DNA of 64,000 nt from Bacillota bacterium (GCA_023421955.1 JAEZSE010000001.1:13110-77109); one strand, 5' to 3'; positions 1 through 9,639 are shown, counted from the stretch's first letter. The notes: generated from the letters alone by a model not told the origin. Numbers and translations are program-made.

Positions 1-1010
1 GCGAGGAACTGCTTGCCGCAGTCGTGCGCGTGTTTGGCGTGCACTCGGCCAGCCCCGCTGTGGTCTGCGAGCCTACAATGGAGAGGATCGTAGATACGGC
101 ATTGGAGCTTGTGAAACAGGAGCGCCCCGGTGGCGGCAGCTTCAAGGTGGATGCCCGCCGGGCTGACAAAAGTTTCCCGCTGGAATCCCCGGAGCTGGCC
201 CGACAGCTGGGCGGCATGGTGCTACGGGCCAACCCTGCCATTTCCGTGGATGTGCACAATCCTGCCTGGCGGCTCTATGTGGAGGTGCGCGACAGTGCCT
301 ATCTCTATACCCGTTTTGTGGATGGCCCCGGCGGCATGCCGGTGGGCACTGGCGGCCGCGTGGCGCTGCTGCTGTCCGGCGGCATCGACAGCCCTGTAGC
401 CGGTTACATGCTGGCTCGCCGTGGCGTGGAGCTGGAGGCCATCTACTTTGACAGCCCACCCCACACATCAGACCGGGCCCGCCGCAAGGTGGTTGACCTT
501 TGCGAGACGCTATCCGGCTTTTGCGGGCCGATCCGCCTGCATGTGGTGCGGTTCACTGAGATCCAGGAGACTATCTACACCCAGTGCAACCCCGAATACC
601 TCACGATCCTGATGCGCCGGTTCATGATGCGCATCGCCAACCGCATCGCGGCGCAATGCGGCTGCGAGGCGATGGCCACCGGAGAGAACCTGGGCCAGGT
701 GGCCAGCCAGACCATCCAGAGCATCGCCGCCACCAACGCTGTGTGCGTTATGCCGGTGTTCCGGCCATTGATCGCTTTTGATAAGGTGGAGATCATTGAC
801 AAAGCCCGGCAGATCGGCACCTATGAGATTTCCATCCTGCCTTATGAGGACTGCTGCACCGTGTTTGTGCCCAAGCACCCGGCCACCAGGCCAAGGCTTT
901 CTGATGTGGAAAAGGCGGAAGCTGTGCTGGATATTGAGGCGATGTGCGCGGAGGCATTGCAGCGGGTGGAAGTTATCCCCACTTCTTCCCCCACAGCTTC
1001 ATCTCTTTGA
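1..1010 (+). CDS. thiI: tRNA 4-thiouridine sulfurtransferase ThiI, C-terminal part (5' end outside window)
   Basis: Frame is open from the window edge (track ORF 24..1010). PP-loop motif SGGIDSPVAGYM followed by a ThiI-type C-terminal region. Confidence 0.85.
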   Translation, partial: EELLAAVVRVFGVHSASPAVVCEPTMERIVDTALELVKQERPGGGSFKVDARRADKSFPLESPELARQLGGMVLRANPAISVDVHNPAWRLYVEVRDSAYLYTRFVDGPGGMPVGTGGRVALLLSGGIDSPVAGYMLARRGVELEAIYFDSPPHTSDRARRKVVDLCETLSGFCGPIRLHVVRFTEIQETIYTQCNPEYLTILMRRFMMRIANRIAAQCGCEAMATGENLGQVASQTIQSIAATNAVCVMPVFRPLIAFDKVEIIDKARQIGTYEISILPYEDCCTVFVPKHPATRPRLSDVEKAEAVLDIEAMCAEALQRVEVIPTSSPTASSL

Positions 1011-1311
1011 TGATTGGCTTCAGGCTCATGCCCTTTTCGGTGAGTTCATAAATCACTGTGGGTGGGATCGTGGGATAAGCAGTGCGCGTAACCACGCCCT
1101 TCTGCTCCAACTCCTTCAAGCGATCTGATAAGGTTTTCGGGCTTACACCGGCCAGCGACTTTCTCAGTTCGCCAAAGCGCCTCGGCCCATCAAACAGGTC
1201 GCGTATGATCAAAAACGTCCATTTGCCACCCAGGATGTCCAGCGCCTTTTCAATGGAGCATTCCACATGCTCCGCACAACAAATCGATTCAGAAGGCTCT
1301 CTTGTGAGCAT
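973..1311 (-). CDS. HxlR-family winged-helix transcriptional regulator
   Basis: 112 aa. CSIEKALDILGGKWTFLIIRDLFDGPRRFGELRKSL is the HxlR signature. Divergent from the reductase genes; its 3' end overlaps the thiI 3' end. Confidence 0.85.
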   Translation of the reverse strand: MLTREPSESICCAEHVECSIEKALDILGGKWTFLIIRDLFDGPRRFGELRKSLAGVSPKTLSDRLKELEQKGVVTRTAYPTIPPTVIYELTEKGMSLKPIIKEMKLWGKKWG

Positions 1312-1325
1312 TTTTTCTCCTAATG

Positions 1326-1341
1326 GTTACATTTTTGTAAC
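1326..1341. promoter_or_regulatory. Candidate HxlR operator: inverted repeat GTTACA-N4-TGTAAC
   Basis: Perfect palindrome in the 128-bp divergent intergenic region, with an extra TGTAAC half-site at 1355..1360. Confidence 0.4.
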
Positions 1342-1439
1342 TATATAAGGTTGTTGTAACTACTTTTTATTCTAAAGTCCCGATGGTATCATGTCAATGT
1401 GTGTAACAAGAACCCACCAAGACGGAAGGGGATGGCGCC

Positions 1440-2552
1440 ATGGAACGAAGGCAATTCGGAAAGACAGGCTTATCCACATCCTTGCTGGGCTTCGGCGGCT
1501 TTCATCTGCTGGAGATTCCCCAGACTGAGGCTGAATTCCTGTTAAACCGCTATTTGGATACCGGCGGCAACTACATTGAGACGGCGGCCAGTTATGGTGA
1601 CGGTGAATCGGAACTGAAGATTGGCAAGTCCGTATCCCACCGCCGCGATGAGTTTGTTTTGGTCACCAAGACTGCTGAGCGCAGCGCCCAGGGCTGTATG
1701 GATCAACTGGACCGCAGCTTGCAAAATCTGAAAACCGACCATGTTGATGTTTTGTTGATGCATGCTGTGGGCACAATGGAGGATCTTGAGAAGATCCAGG
1801 CCCCTGGCGGCGCGCTGGAATCAGCGGAGAAGGCGGTTAAGGCTGGCAAGGTGCGGCACATCGGCATCTCCATGCACGGCCAGCCGGACGTGTTGGTCGC
1901 CGCGTTGAAGGCTTATCCGTTTGTTGCCGTGATGAGCACAATCAACTATTACGACCGGTTCAATTTCCCCGAGATCGAGGGAGAATTGCTGCCGCTGGCA
2001 CAGGAGAAAGGCGCGGCGGTGATTCTGATGAAGCCGCTGGCCGATGGGCTGCTGTGGCGGTCACCGGAGCAGGCGTTCCGCTGGGCAATGAGCCAGCCAG
2101 TTTCGGTGGTCGTGGCCGGAATGAACAGTCGCGCGATGCTGGTGAAGGACCTGGCCTTGGCCGAGGGCTTCACCGCGATGACTGAGGTGGAAAAGGAAGC
2201 GCTTTATCGTGATGCGGTGGAGTTGGGCAATTATGTGTGCCGCCAGTGCGGCAAGTGCATGCCCTGCCCGGAAGGTATTGACATCCCGCTGCTCTGCAAG
2301 CTGGAGGGCTATTACGACCGCCAGATGGCCGACGGCACAGCGGACAATGCAGCTGAATTTGCTCTTCGGGAGCGGTTACGGTTCTGGTTCGGCAACCGAG
2401 ATTTGGCACTGGCCCGTTATCAGGAGGTGGCAGTGAAGGCTGACCGCTGCACTGCCTGCGGCCTGTGCATCCCCCGGTGCCCTTATGGCATCGACATCGC
2501 CCGCAAGATGTCCATCATCGACTACAAGCTGGGCGGCAGAAAAGTTCTTTAA
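1440..2552 (+). CDS. Aldo/keto reductase with C-terminal 4Fe-4S-type Cys motifs
   Basis: AKR N-terminal domain (FGKTGLSTSLLGFGGFHL, DHVDVLLMH). C-terminal CRQCGKCMPCP and CTACGLCIPRCP motifs. Confidence 0.85.
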   Translation: MERRQFGKTGLSTSLLGFGGFHLLEIPQTEAEFLLNRYLDTGGNYIETAASYGDGESELKIGKSVSHRRDEFVLVTKTAERSAQGCMDQLDRSLQNLKTDHVDVLLMHAVGTMEDLEKIQAPGGALESAEKAVKAGKVRHIGISMHGQPDVLVAALKAYPFVAVMSTINYYDRFNFPEIEGELLPLAQEKGAAVILMKPLADGLLWRSPEQAFRWAMSQPVSVVVAGMNSRAMLVKDLALAEGFTAMTEVEKEALYRDAVELGNYVCRQCGKCMPCPEGIDIPLLCKLEGYYDRQMADGTADNAAEFALRERLRFWFGNRDLALARYQEVAVKADRCTACGLCIPRCPYGIDIARKMSIIDYKLGGRKVL

Positions 2553-2597
2553 AGTAGGTAATGTGCCGCAAGGCAACGAATACACGGAGGATAAAAA

Positions 2598-3722
2598 ATG
2601 ATCTATCGTAAGTTTGGCAACACAGGAGCGGAAATCTCGGTGCTTGGCTTTGGGGCAATGCGTCTCCCCACCAAGTCCATTGACGGAAACACTGTGTTTG
2701 ATGAGGAAGAAAGCATCCGGATTATCCACAGGGCCTTTGAACTTGGTGTCAATTATATCGACACCGCTCCCTATTACTGCGACAAGGTCAGTGAAGTGAT
2801 CGTGGGCAAGGCGCTGAAGGGATGGCGCGACAAGGTGTATCTTTCCACGAAGAACCCCATCGAAAGCGCCTCTGGCGACGATTGGCGCAAGCGGCTGGAG
2901 CTGTCTTTGACCAAGCTGGACACCGACCACATTGACTTTTACCACATGTGGGGCATCAGCTGGGACACTTATGTGAAGGAGATCGATGTAAAGGGCGGCC
3001 CCATGGAGGCAGCTCGCAAAGCCAAGGAAGAGGGCCTGATCCGCCACATTTCCTTCTCGTTCCATGATGAGCCCGCCAACATGATCAAAATCATCGACAC
3101 TGGTAACTTTGAAACGGTTCTCTGCCAATACAACCTGCTGGATCGTGCCAATGAGGAAGCCATTGCTTATGCCCATGAGAAGGGTTTGGGCACTGTGATT
3201 ATGGGCCCGGTGGCCGGCGGCCGCCTGGGCACGCCCTCGCCGGTGATCCAGAAGCTGGCCCCCAGCCGTGTTGCCAGCAACGCTGAGCTTGCGTTGCGTT
3301 TCGTGCTCACCAACCCCAACGTGACCTGCGCGCTGTCCGGCATGGGCAGCATGGCGATGGTGGAGGAAAACTCCCGCGTGGCCTCCAACGAGGCCTCCCT
3401 GAGCGCTGATGAGCTCACCCGCATCAACGCCAGCATGGAAGAGAACAAGAAGCTTGCCGAGCTCTACTGCACCGGTTGCAACTATTGCATGCCCTGCCCG
3501 CAGGAGGTCAACATCCCGTTGAATTTCCAGATGATGAACTATCATAAGGTGTATGGCATCACCGAGTATGCCAAGGCCGAATATGCCAAAATAGGCACCA
3601 CGGACTGGATGAAGGGCAAGAAAGCCGAGGAATGCATCGAGTGCGGACTCTGCGAGGAGAAGTGCCCGCAGAAAATCGAGATCCGCAAGCAGCTCCGGGA
3701 GACGGCGGAAGCGCTGCGGTAA
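2598..3722 (+). CDS. Aldo/keto reductase with C-terminal 4Fe-4S-type Cys motifs (tandem paralogue)
   Basis: YRKFGNTGAEISVLGFGAMRLP, DHIDFYHMW, CTGCNYCMPCP and CIECGLCEEKCP. AGGA RBS upstream. Confidence 0.85.
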   Translation: MIYRKFGNTGAEISVLGFGAMRLPTKSIDGNTVFDEEESIRIIHRAFELGVNYIDTAPYYCDKVSEVIVGKALKGWRDKVYLSTKNPIESASGDDWRKRLELSLTKLDTDHIDFYHMWGISWDTYVKEIDVKGGPMEAARKAKEEGLIRHISFSFHDEPANMIKIIDTGNFETVLCQYNLLDRANEEAIAYAHEKGLGTVIMGPVAGGRLGTPSPVIQKLAPSRVASNAELALRFVLTNPNVTCALSGMGSMAMVEENSRVASNEASLSADELTRINASMEENKKLAELYCTGCNYCMPCPQEVNIPLNFQMMNYHKVYGITEYAKAEYAKIGTTDWMKGKKAEECIECGLCEEKCPQKIEIRKQLRETAEALR

Positions 3723-3735
3723 CAAGAAACGAACA

Positions 3736-3768
3736 GAAAGCCCCGCGCTAGCGCGCGGGGTTTCTGTT
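3736..3768. terminator. Bidirectional intrinsic terminator hairpin
   Basis: CCCCGCGC-tagc-GCGCGGGG stem flanked by an A-run and a T-run. Lies between convergent genes. Confidence 0.7.
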
Positions 3769-3785
3769 TGTATTCAACGATCGGT

Positions 3786-4409
3786 TTACTGCTCCTTTTT
3801 GTGTACAATGTTCTCAACTGTCACTTTTTCAACATTACAGTATTTTTCAAACATATCGTTCGTAATGTTATAATCACCGATCATGACGCTTACCAATGTA
3901 TCATTGTCCAAGAACAAGATAAGCGAGAACCCGAGGTCTATATGTGTTGCATCCAGATATATATACTCCCGGTTATTCATAGAAATCTTTTCTGCATATT
4001 CATACTTCGTTGAGAGGTTTGCTTTCACCTCATCATCCAGCGTATGAGTGTTTGAGAAGTGCTTATGAATTGTACTGAACCATACTTCGGTATCTTCAGG
4101 GGTCGTATATCTCCACGTGTAGCCGTATGGTTCCAGTTGAATGGATTTGAATGACAATTCTTTCGGTAAATTTACCGGGCGCAAATAGAAGTCTGGAAGC
4201 GCATAGTCCATTTTGGCGATCCCGCCATGCGGATCAGCATAGGCTTGAACAAATTCATCCTCTGAACCATAAATAAAGACTTCATCGACAAATACCTGTG
4301 ACGGAGGATTTGGCAGACGAGCAGTCTCCAAAACTTGTTCGTTAGTCGAACAGGCTGACAAATGCAACATCAAATGGCCGCACAGAAGCACCAATATCAG
4401 CTTTCTCAT
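3786..4409 (-). CDS. Hypothetical lipoprotein (AT-rich islet)
   Basis: Signal peptide with lipobox LSAC. No recognisable domain. Composition is visibly more AT-rich than the flanks. Confidence 0.6.
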   Translation of the reverse strand: MRKLILVLLCGHLMLHLSACSTNEQVLETARLPNPPSQVFVDEVFIYGSEDEFVQAYADPHGGIAKMDYALPDFYLRPVNLPKELSFKSIQLEPYGYTWRYTTPEDTEVWFSTIHKHFSNTHTLDDEVKANLSTKYEYAEKISMNNREYIYLDATHIDLGFSLILFLDNDTLVSVMIGDYNITNDMFEKYCNVEKVTVENIVHKKEQ

Positions 4410-4600
4410 ATATGCTCCTTTAGGCTTGAGCCGCTAGGTTGGTATTATGACCCAAACAAAATATTACTCTTTCACTGACTAGATGGACAGCGCAAGTTTT
4501 GTCGAAAAACCTGTGGTGTGAGTTGGTTCACACTGTGCTAGAATATCAACACATAGAATTTGTGTTTATTCATTAATAAATTGTTCCTTGGTGGTTCTAC

Positions 4601-4792
4601 ATGGACAACACAAAACGTAGCAACATCCAAATCGGCGCCAATGTACGTGTGGTGCAAAAGCACCACCAACGCACCGGCGAACTCACCGAAGGCATCGTGA
4701 TGCGGATCCTCACCAACTCTCCTAATCATCCCCACGGCATCAAAGTGATGCTGGAAAGCGGCATTGTGGGCAGGGTGAAGGAAATTCTGTGA
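4601..4792 (+). CDS. YwbE-family small protein (TIGR03833/DUF2196-like)
   Basis: 63 aa. RTGELTEGIVMRILTNSPNHPHGIKVMLESGIVGRVKEI matches the YwbE family pattern. Confidence 0.75.
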   Translation: MDNTKRSNIQIGANVRVVQKHHQRTGELTEGIVMRILTNSPNHPHGIKVMLESGIVGRVKEIL

Positions 4793-4898
4793 TTTGCCGG
4801 TCATCCTTGGAGCTTTAGGTATTTCATGTTTTTCACTCTGTTCGCGTTGACATTGCGGGGATATCTTGTAGAATTTACGTTGTTCAAATGCATTTATC

Positions 4899-7187
4899 AT
4901 GAACTTATTCCCGAAGATACAGGAGACCCCCATGAACCTCCGTCAATGGCTTGCCCACTTCCAGGACAACCCCGCCACAGCCCGCAACATCGCCTATTGG
5001 CATGTGCAGGACAGCCGGCCTGCCGTTTTCGAGCCATTCCCTGAATGGCTGGACGACCGCATTGCGTCCGCGCTTAAAAAGCGCCAGATCTGGCATCTCT
5101 ACAGCCACCAGCGGCAGGCGGTGGACCTGGCCCACGACGGGCGACACGTCACCGTAGTCACACCCACCGCGTCGGGCAAAACGTTGTGCTACAACCTTCC
5201 GGTGCTCAATCGAATTGTGGAAGACCCCACGGCGAGGGCGATCTATCTGTTTCCGACCAAGGCATTGTCTGCTGATCAGGTGAGCGAGCTCTATGAGCTG
5301 ATCCAGGCCGCCGAGGTGGATGTGAAAACCTACACCTACGACGGCGACACGCCCCCGGCCGCCCGCAAGGCTGTGCGGCAGGCCGGTCACATCGTGGTGA
5401 CCAACCCCGACATGCTACACAGCGGTATCCTACCCCACCACACCAAGTGGGTGAAGTTGTTTGAAAACTTGAAATATGTCGTGATCGACGAGGTGCATAG
5501 CTACCGCGGTGTGTTCGGCAGCCATTTGGCCAACGTGATCCGAAGGTTGAAGCGCCTGTGTGCGTTTTACGGCTCCAACCCCCAGTTCATCTGCTGTTCC
5601 GCCACGATTGCCAACCCCCGGGAGCTGGCTGAACAGGTCACCGGTGTGCCCATGGCGCTGGTGAATCAAAACGGTGCGCCGCAGGGGGAGAAGCACTTTA
5701 TATTCTACAATCCGCCTGTGGTCAATGAGCAATTGGGCATCCGCGCAAGCTCCCTGCAGGAGAGCAAGAAGATCGCCACTGACCTTGTGATCAACGGCAT
5801 CCCCACGATCGTGTTCTCCCGCGCGCGCGTCACGATGGAGGTGTTGGTGTCGGCACTAAAAACTGCTGTGAAAGATGTGCTGGGTGACTCGGGCTTGGTG
5901 CGCGGCTATCGCGGCGGATACTTGCCCAGCGAACGCAGGGCCATCGAAAAGGGCCTGCGGGAGGGCAGTGTGCGGGCCGTCGTGAGCACCAACGCGCTGG
6001 AACTGGGCATCGACATCGGTAGCCTGGACGCCTGCGTCTTGAACGGCTACCCCGGCACCATCGCCAGCACCTGGCAGCAGAGCGGCCGGGCGGGGCGGCG
6101 GCAGGGGGTGGCTGCCACGGTCTTCGTGGCCAACTCCAGCCCCATCAACCAATTCATGATGAAGCACCCGGAATACTTTTTAAACCAGCCGCCGGAAAAC
6201 GGCCTGGTGAATCCCGACAACCTCTACATCCTGTTGAGCCACGTGAAGTGTGCGGCCTTCGAGCTGCCCTTTCACGATGGCGACGGCTACGGCGGCAAGG
6301 GCATCTCTGAGGTGCTGAAGTTCCTCGAGGATGCCGGCATCCTCCGGCATGTGGGCGGCGTGTGGCACTGGGCGGCAGAGGAATTCCCGGCCTCCGATGT
6401 GAGCCTCCGCAGCGCCAGCAACGAAAACTTCATCATCATCGATACCACCAGCGGCACCCACCGCGTGATTGGCGAGATGGACCGGTTCGCCGCGCCCATG
6501 CTGCTGCACGACGAGGCGATCTACATCCACGAGGGCCAGCAGTTCCAGGTGGAGAAACTGGACTTTCCCAACAAGAAGGCCTATGTGAAGTCGGTGGATG
6601 TGGATTACTACACCGATGCTGACCTGGCAGTGAGCCTCCGTGTTTTGGACTGCTTTGCCAATGAGCAGCGGCGGATCAGCGGCAAGGGTTGGGGCGAGGC
6701 GCTGGTAACAAGCCTTGTCACGATGTTCAAGAAGATGCACCTGGAGACCCATGAAAGCATCGGCTGGGGCCGCGTGCACCTGCCGGAGTTGGAGATGCAC
6801 ACCACGGCCTATTGGATGAGCTTTGACGAGGGCTTTTTCCGCAGTTATGGTTCCGACGCATTGGAAGGCGGCTTGATGGGCATCGCCAACCTGGTCTCCA
6901 ACATCGCGCCGGTCTATCTGATGTGCGACCCCAAGGACATCTCGGTGTTTCCGCAAGCCAAGAGTCCATATACACAGAATCCGACGATCTTCATCTACGA
7001 CACGATCCCCGGCGGCATGGGGCTTTCTGAGAAGCTTTATGACCTGCACAACACGGTGCTGGAGCAAAGCCTCAAGATGGTGAAGGAATGCCCCTGCCCG
7101 TCGGGCTGCCCAAGCTGCGTGGGGCCCGATGGAGTGGATAAGCGCATGGTAATTGGGCTGCTGGAGGCGATCTGCGGGGATTCTTGA
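4899..7187 (+). CDS. DEAD/DEAH-box helicase with C-terminal DUF1998/MZB zinc domain (YprA/MrfA-like)
   Basis: Walker A TPTASGKT, DEVH box (VVIDEVHSYRG), helicase C motifs (QQSGRAGRR). C-terminal CPCPSGCPSCVGP four-Cys motif. Confidence 0.85.
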   Translation: MNLFPKIQETPMNLRQWLAHFQDNPATARNIAYWHVQDSRPAVFEPFPEWLDDRIASALKKRQIWHLYSHQRQAVDLAHDGRHVTVVTPTASGKTLCYNLPVLNRIVEDPTARAIYLFPTKALSADQVSELYELIQAAEVDVKTYTYDGDTPPAARKAVRQAGHIVVTNPDMLHSGILPHHTKWVKLFENLKYVVIDEVHSYRGVFGSHLANVIRRLKRLCAFYGSNPQFICCSATIANPRELAEQVTGVPMALVNQNGAPQGEKHFIFYNPPVVNEQLGIRASSLQESKKIATDLVINGIPTIVFSRARVTMEVLVSALKTAVKDVLGDSGLVRGYRGGYLPSERRAIEKGLREGSVRAVVSTNALELGIDIGSLDACVLNGYPGTIASTWQQSGRAGRRQGVAATVFVANSSPINQFMMKHPEYFLNQPPENGLVNPDNLYILLSHVKCAAFELPFHDGDGYGGKGISEVLKFLEDAGILRHVGGVWHWAAEEFPASDVSLRSASNENFIIIDTTSGTHRVIGEMDRFAAPMLLHDEAIYIHEGQQFQVEKLDFPNKKAYVKSVDVDYYTDADLAVSLRVLDCFANEQRRISGKGWGEALVTSLVTMFKKMHLETHESIGWGRVHLPELEMHTTAYWMSFDEGFFRSYGSDALEGGLMGIANLVSNIAPVYLMCDPKDISVFPQAKSPYTQNPTIFIYDTIPGGMGLSEKLYDLHNTVLEQSLKMVKECPCPSGCPSCVGPDGVDKRMVIGLLEAICGDS

Positions 7188-7190
7188 AGT

Positions 7191-8417
7191 TCAACGAACC
7201 TTTGTGTTCACGAGCATCACTGCGCCACTGGCAAATGCCACCGGCACAGTGATCAGAAACGCGGTTGTCCACCCCAATGCTTCAGCCACTCCACCCAATA
7301 GCAACGGCCCCAACGCCAACCCGATGTTCTGGCCCAGGATCAGGATTCCCATCGCAGACCCGCTCTGCTCTGGTGAGCCTGCCGCCTCACTGGCAGCCGC
7401 AAATGCGCAGACCGGCAGCACTGGAGGGACTATTCCCAGAATTACAACATACGGCAAAAACCACTGAGTTGGAATGAAGGGTATCAAGGCAAAGCTTGCT
7501 GCGCTGATGACCATGCTTGCGGCACCCAAAACTCGCCTTGAACCGGTGCGGTCGGATAAAAGACCAGACAGTAGAGACGACACGATGGCGGCGAGACAAC
7601 AGATGCTTGTGAGGCTGGCGGCATCAGCCAAAGCCATGCCCCTGTTTTTGACCAGATAGGTTGGCAGGAATGTTTGTATGCTCACATAACTAATGACATA
7701 AAGCCCGATGGCGGCTGAAAGCAGCCAGATTGTTTTGCTGGCCATGACAGAACCTGATGGGGAAGACAAAGTCATTGGCTTCTGTTCAGTGCTATTCTTC
7801 TTGCTTTCCAACCGGGCCATCAGAATCAACCATATCATCAGGAAAAGCATTGTATAAGCTGATGCCAACCACCAGACCGATTGCCATCCCCCCAGGACTA
7901 AAACGCGCGGCGCCAGGTTATATGTGATTACTTGCCCGATGCCCATATAGCAGGCGAACAGGCCCATTGCCAAGCCACGGGACTTCGGATTGGCGGCCAC
8001 TGAGACAATTGATGGACCGGCGATGGCGACCAGTGCCATGCCTGCGCCTTCCACAACCCTGCTGAGCACCAACAATGCGAAGCTCGTGGTAAGTGCTCCG
8101 GCCACAGATCCTGCCAGCAGGAGCACAAGAGCTGCCAGCACGCATTGCCATGGGCCGAACTTGCGGATCAACATGCCGCCGGGCAGCGCCAGTGCGATGC
8201 CCGTAAGCGGAAGCACAGATATCAATAGGCTCAGTTGCGTTTCACCGATTTTTAAGGTTTCCATTAGGTATGGAGCGATGGCAGAAACCTTATTCAGATG
8301 AAGTGGTGCTGCAACCGCAGTCAGCAAAAGGATACTCATGATTATGGCGGGGGAAACGATAGGCTTTTTTGCTCGAACTGAATGCATGGTTTCATTTCCT
8401 GATTCCCGGTTTAGCAA
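7191..8417 (-). CDS. MFS transporter
   Basis: About 12 hydrophobic segments and MFS-like loops. Tail-to-tail with the helicase, 3 nt apart. The true start may be the internal Met (MHSVRAKK). Confidence 0.75.
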   Translation of the reverse strand: MLNRESGNETMHSVRAKKPIVSPAIIMSILLLTAVAAPLHLNKVSAIAPYLMETLKIGETQLSLLISVLPLTGIALALPGGMLIRKFGPWQCVLAALVLLLAGSVAGALTTSFALLVLSRVVEGAGMALVAIAGPSIVSVAANPKSRGLAMGLFACYMGIGQVITYNLAPRVLVLGGWQSVWWLASAYTMLFLMIWLILMARLESKKNSTEQKPMTLSSPSGSVMASKTIWLLSAAIGLYVISYVSIQTFLPTYLVKNRGMALADAASLTSICCLAAIVSSLLSGLLSDRTGSRRVLGAASMVISAASFALIPFIPTQWFLPYVVILGIVPPVLPVCAFAAASEAAGSPEQSGSAMGILILGQNIGLALGPLLLGGVAEALGWTTAFLITVPVAFASGAVMLVNTKVR

Positions 8418-8573
8418 GACAGAATAATATTATATCAGATATCATGTGGCATGGCTTATTGATACAGTTGTATATAGTGGTGGGTTTCAGTGTTCTATCA
8501 GGAGTATTGGATAATGAGACTAATTGTAAGTGGCGGCATTCACCAAATTCCTTGTGTTTTTGCCAATTCATGA

Positions 8574-8602
8574 TTGACAGCCTTGATTATTTCTAGTAAA
8601 AT
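8574..8602 (+). promoter_or_regulatory. SigA-type promoter of rplM-rpsI, followed by a ~110-nt structured leader
   Basis: TTGACA, 17 nt, TAAAT-like TAAAAT. The leader 8603..8712 is GC-rich with short hairpins; an L13-leader type of autoregulation is possible but unverified. Confidence 0.55.
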
Positions 8603-8712
8603 GTTCGTTGCGTCTAATCGGCCATACAGCCCCGGCCGGGACTACGCAGGCAGCAACCGAAGCGGTAACCCCCACGCCGCAGATGGCCCGTTGCCAAGTA
8701 TGGAGGGACCCG

Positions 8713-9147
8713 ATGGATACTTATATGGCGAATGCCGAAACTGTGCAGAAGAAATGGGTCGTCGTGGATGCGGCGGGCCAGCCCTTGGGCAGGCTCACCA
8801 GCCAGATCGCGGCTGTGCTGCGCGGCAAGAACAAGCCCACGTTCACGCCCCATGTGGACTGTGGCGACAATGTCATTGTCATTAACTGTGAAAAAGTGAT
8901 GCTGACGGGCAAGAAGGCCGAGAAGAAGACATACGCCCATCACACCGGGTATGTCGGCGGACTCAAGGTGCGCACCTTCAAGCAGGTGCTGGCCAAGGAG
9001 CCCGAGTTCGTCATTTATCACGCCGTAAAAGGCATGCTGCCCCACACCATTTTGGGCCGCAAAATGCTCAGGAACCTGCGCATTTTCAAAGGCCCGGAGC
9101 ACAAGCATCAGGCGCAGCAGCCCGAACAGATCACGCTGTTGAAGTAA
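8713..9147 (+). CDS. rplM: 50S ribosomal protein L13
   Basis: [37 protein letters not shown] 5 nt upstream. The track ORF start at 8608 is an upstream in-frame extension. Confidence 0.95.
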   Translation: MDTYMANAETVQKKWVVVDAAGQPLGRLTSQIAAVLRGKNKPTFTPHVDCGDNVIVINCEKVMLTGKKAEKKTYAHHTGYVGGLKVRTFKQVLAKEPEFVIYHAVKGMLPHTILGRKMLRNLRIFKGPEHKHQAQQPEQITLLK

Positions 9148-9160
9148 GGAGAGAGCACAC

Positions 9161-9559
9161 ATGGCAGAAGTTTTACAGTATCGGGGCACAGGCCGCAGGA
9201 AGACTTCCATCGCCCGCGTGCGCCTCGTCGCCGGCAACGGCAAGATCACGGTCAACAATCGCGACATCGACGATTATTTCGGCCTTGAAACATTGAAGCT
9301 GATCATCCGCCAGCCGCTGGTTCTCACCGAGAACCAGGGCAAGTATGATGTCATCGTCAATGTGGAGGGCGGCGGCCTTTCCGGCCAGGCCGGGGCCATC
9401 CGCCACGGCATTGCCCGCGCACTTCTCGGTGTGGATGGCGGCGCGTTGCGCCCCCCGGTCAAGAAAGCCGGTTTCCTCACCCGCGACTCCCGCATGAAGG
9501 AGCGCAAGAAGTACGGCTTAAAGGCAGCCCGCAGGGCGCCCCAGTTCAGCAAGCGCTAA
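9161..9559 (+). CDS. rpsI: 30S ribosomal protein S9
   Basis: [16 protein letters not shown] ... [17 protein letters not shown], the canonical S9 termini. Confidence 0.95.
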   Translation: MAEVLQYRGTGRRKTSIARVRLVAGNGKITVNNRDIDDYFGLETLKLIIRQPLVLTENQGKYDVIVNVEGGGLSGQAGAIRHGIARALLGVDGGALRPPVKKAGFLTRDSRMKERKKYGLKAARRAPQFSKR

Positions 9560-9571
9560 TTGCAGCATGAG

Positions 9572-9600
9572 AAAGCCGCCCTGTTGGGCGGCTTTTCTTT
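9572..9600 (+). terminator. Intrinsic terminator of rplM-rpsI
   Basis: GCCGCCC-tgtt-GGGCGGC stem followed by TTTTCTTT. Confidence 0.85.
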
Positions 9601-9639
9601 GTAGTTTTCGCTTTTCGGAAAACCGAGAGTCATGCCTTC

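Noticed and set aside
1470-1478. Perfect DnaA-box-like TTATCCACA.
   Set aside because: It is a single occurrence inside the aldo/keto reductase coding sequence. There is no cluster, no AT-rich unwinding element and no adjacent dnaA.
2376-3725. 449-aa minus-strand ORF covering the second aldo/keto reductase gene. Similar long antisense ORFs occur at 28040..30079 (679 aa, opposite lepA), 41029..42783 (584 aa, opposite the ThDP enzyme), 33539..34648, 6180..7067, 10405..11019, 11053..11772, 14109..14834, 18692..19621, 36005..36703, 53583..54191 and 54703..55491.
   Set aside because: Each lies opposite a gene with clear family motifs. Their translations are Arg/Ala/Gly/His-rich and low in complexity, and they have no RBS. 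They are typical shadow ORFs caused by stop-codon depletion in GC-rich coding DNA.
4899-7187. DUF1998 helicase as part of a phage-defence system (DISARM/Druantia-like).
   Set aside because: No methyltransferase, PLD nuclease, DUF1998-only partner or other defence genes are adjacent. The size and single-polypeptide architecture fit the MrfA/YprA repair helicases better.
8608-8712. N-terminal extensions suggested by the ORF track for rplM (8608), rpmH (16542), lepA (27983), hemW (29746), rfbF (44665), rfbH (38066), the ThDP enzyme (42804), panE (51716), GH36 (54752) and the MFS gene (48164).
   Set aside because: The internal Met or TTG codons are preceded by GGAGG-type RBSs at proper spacing and give canonical N-termini and lengths. 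The extensions overlap upstream genes or terminators.
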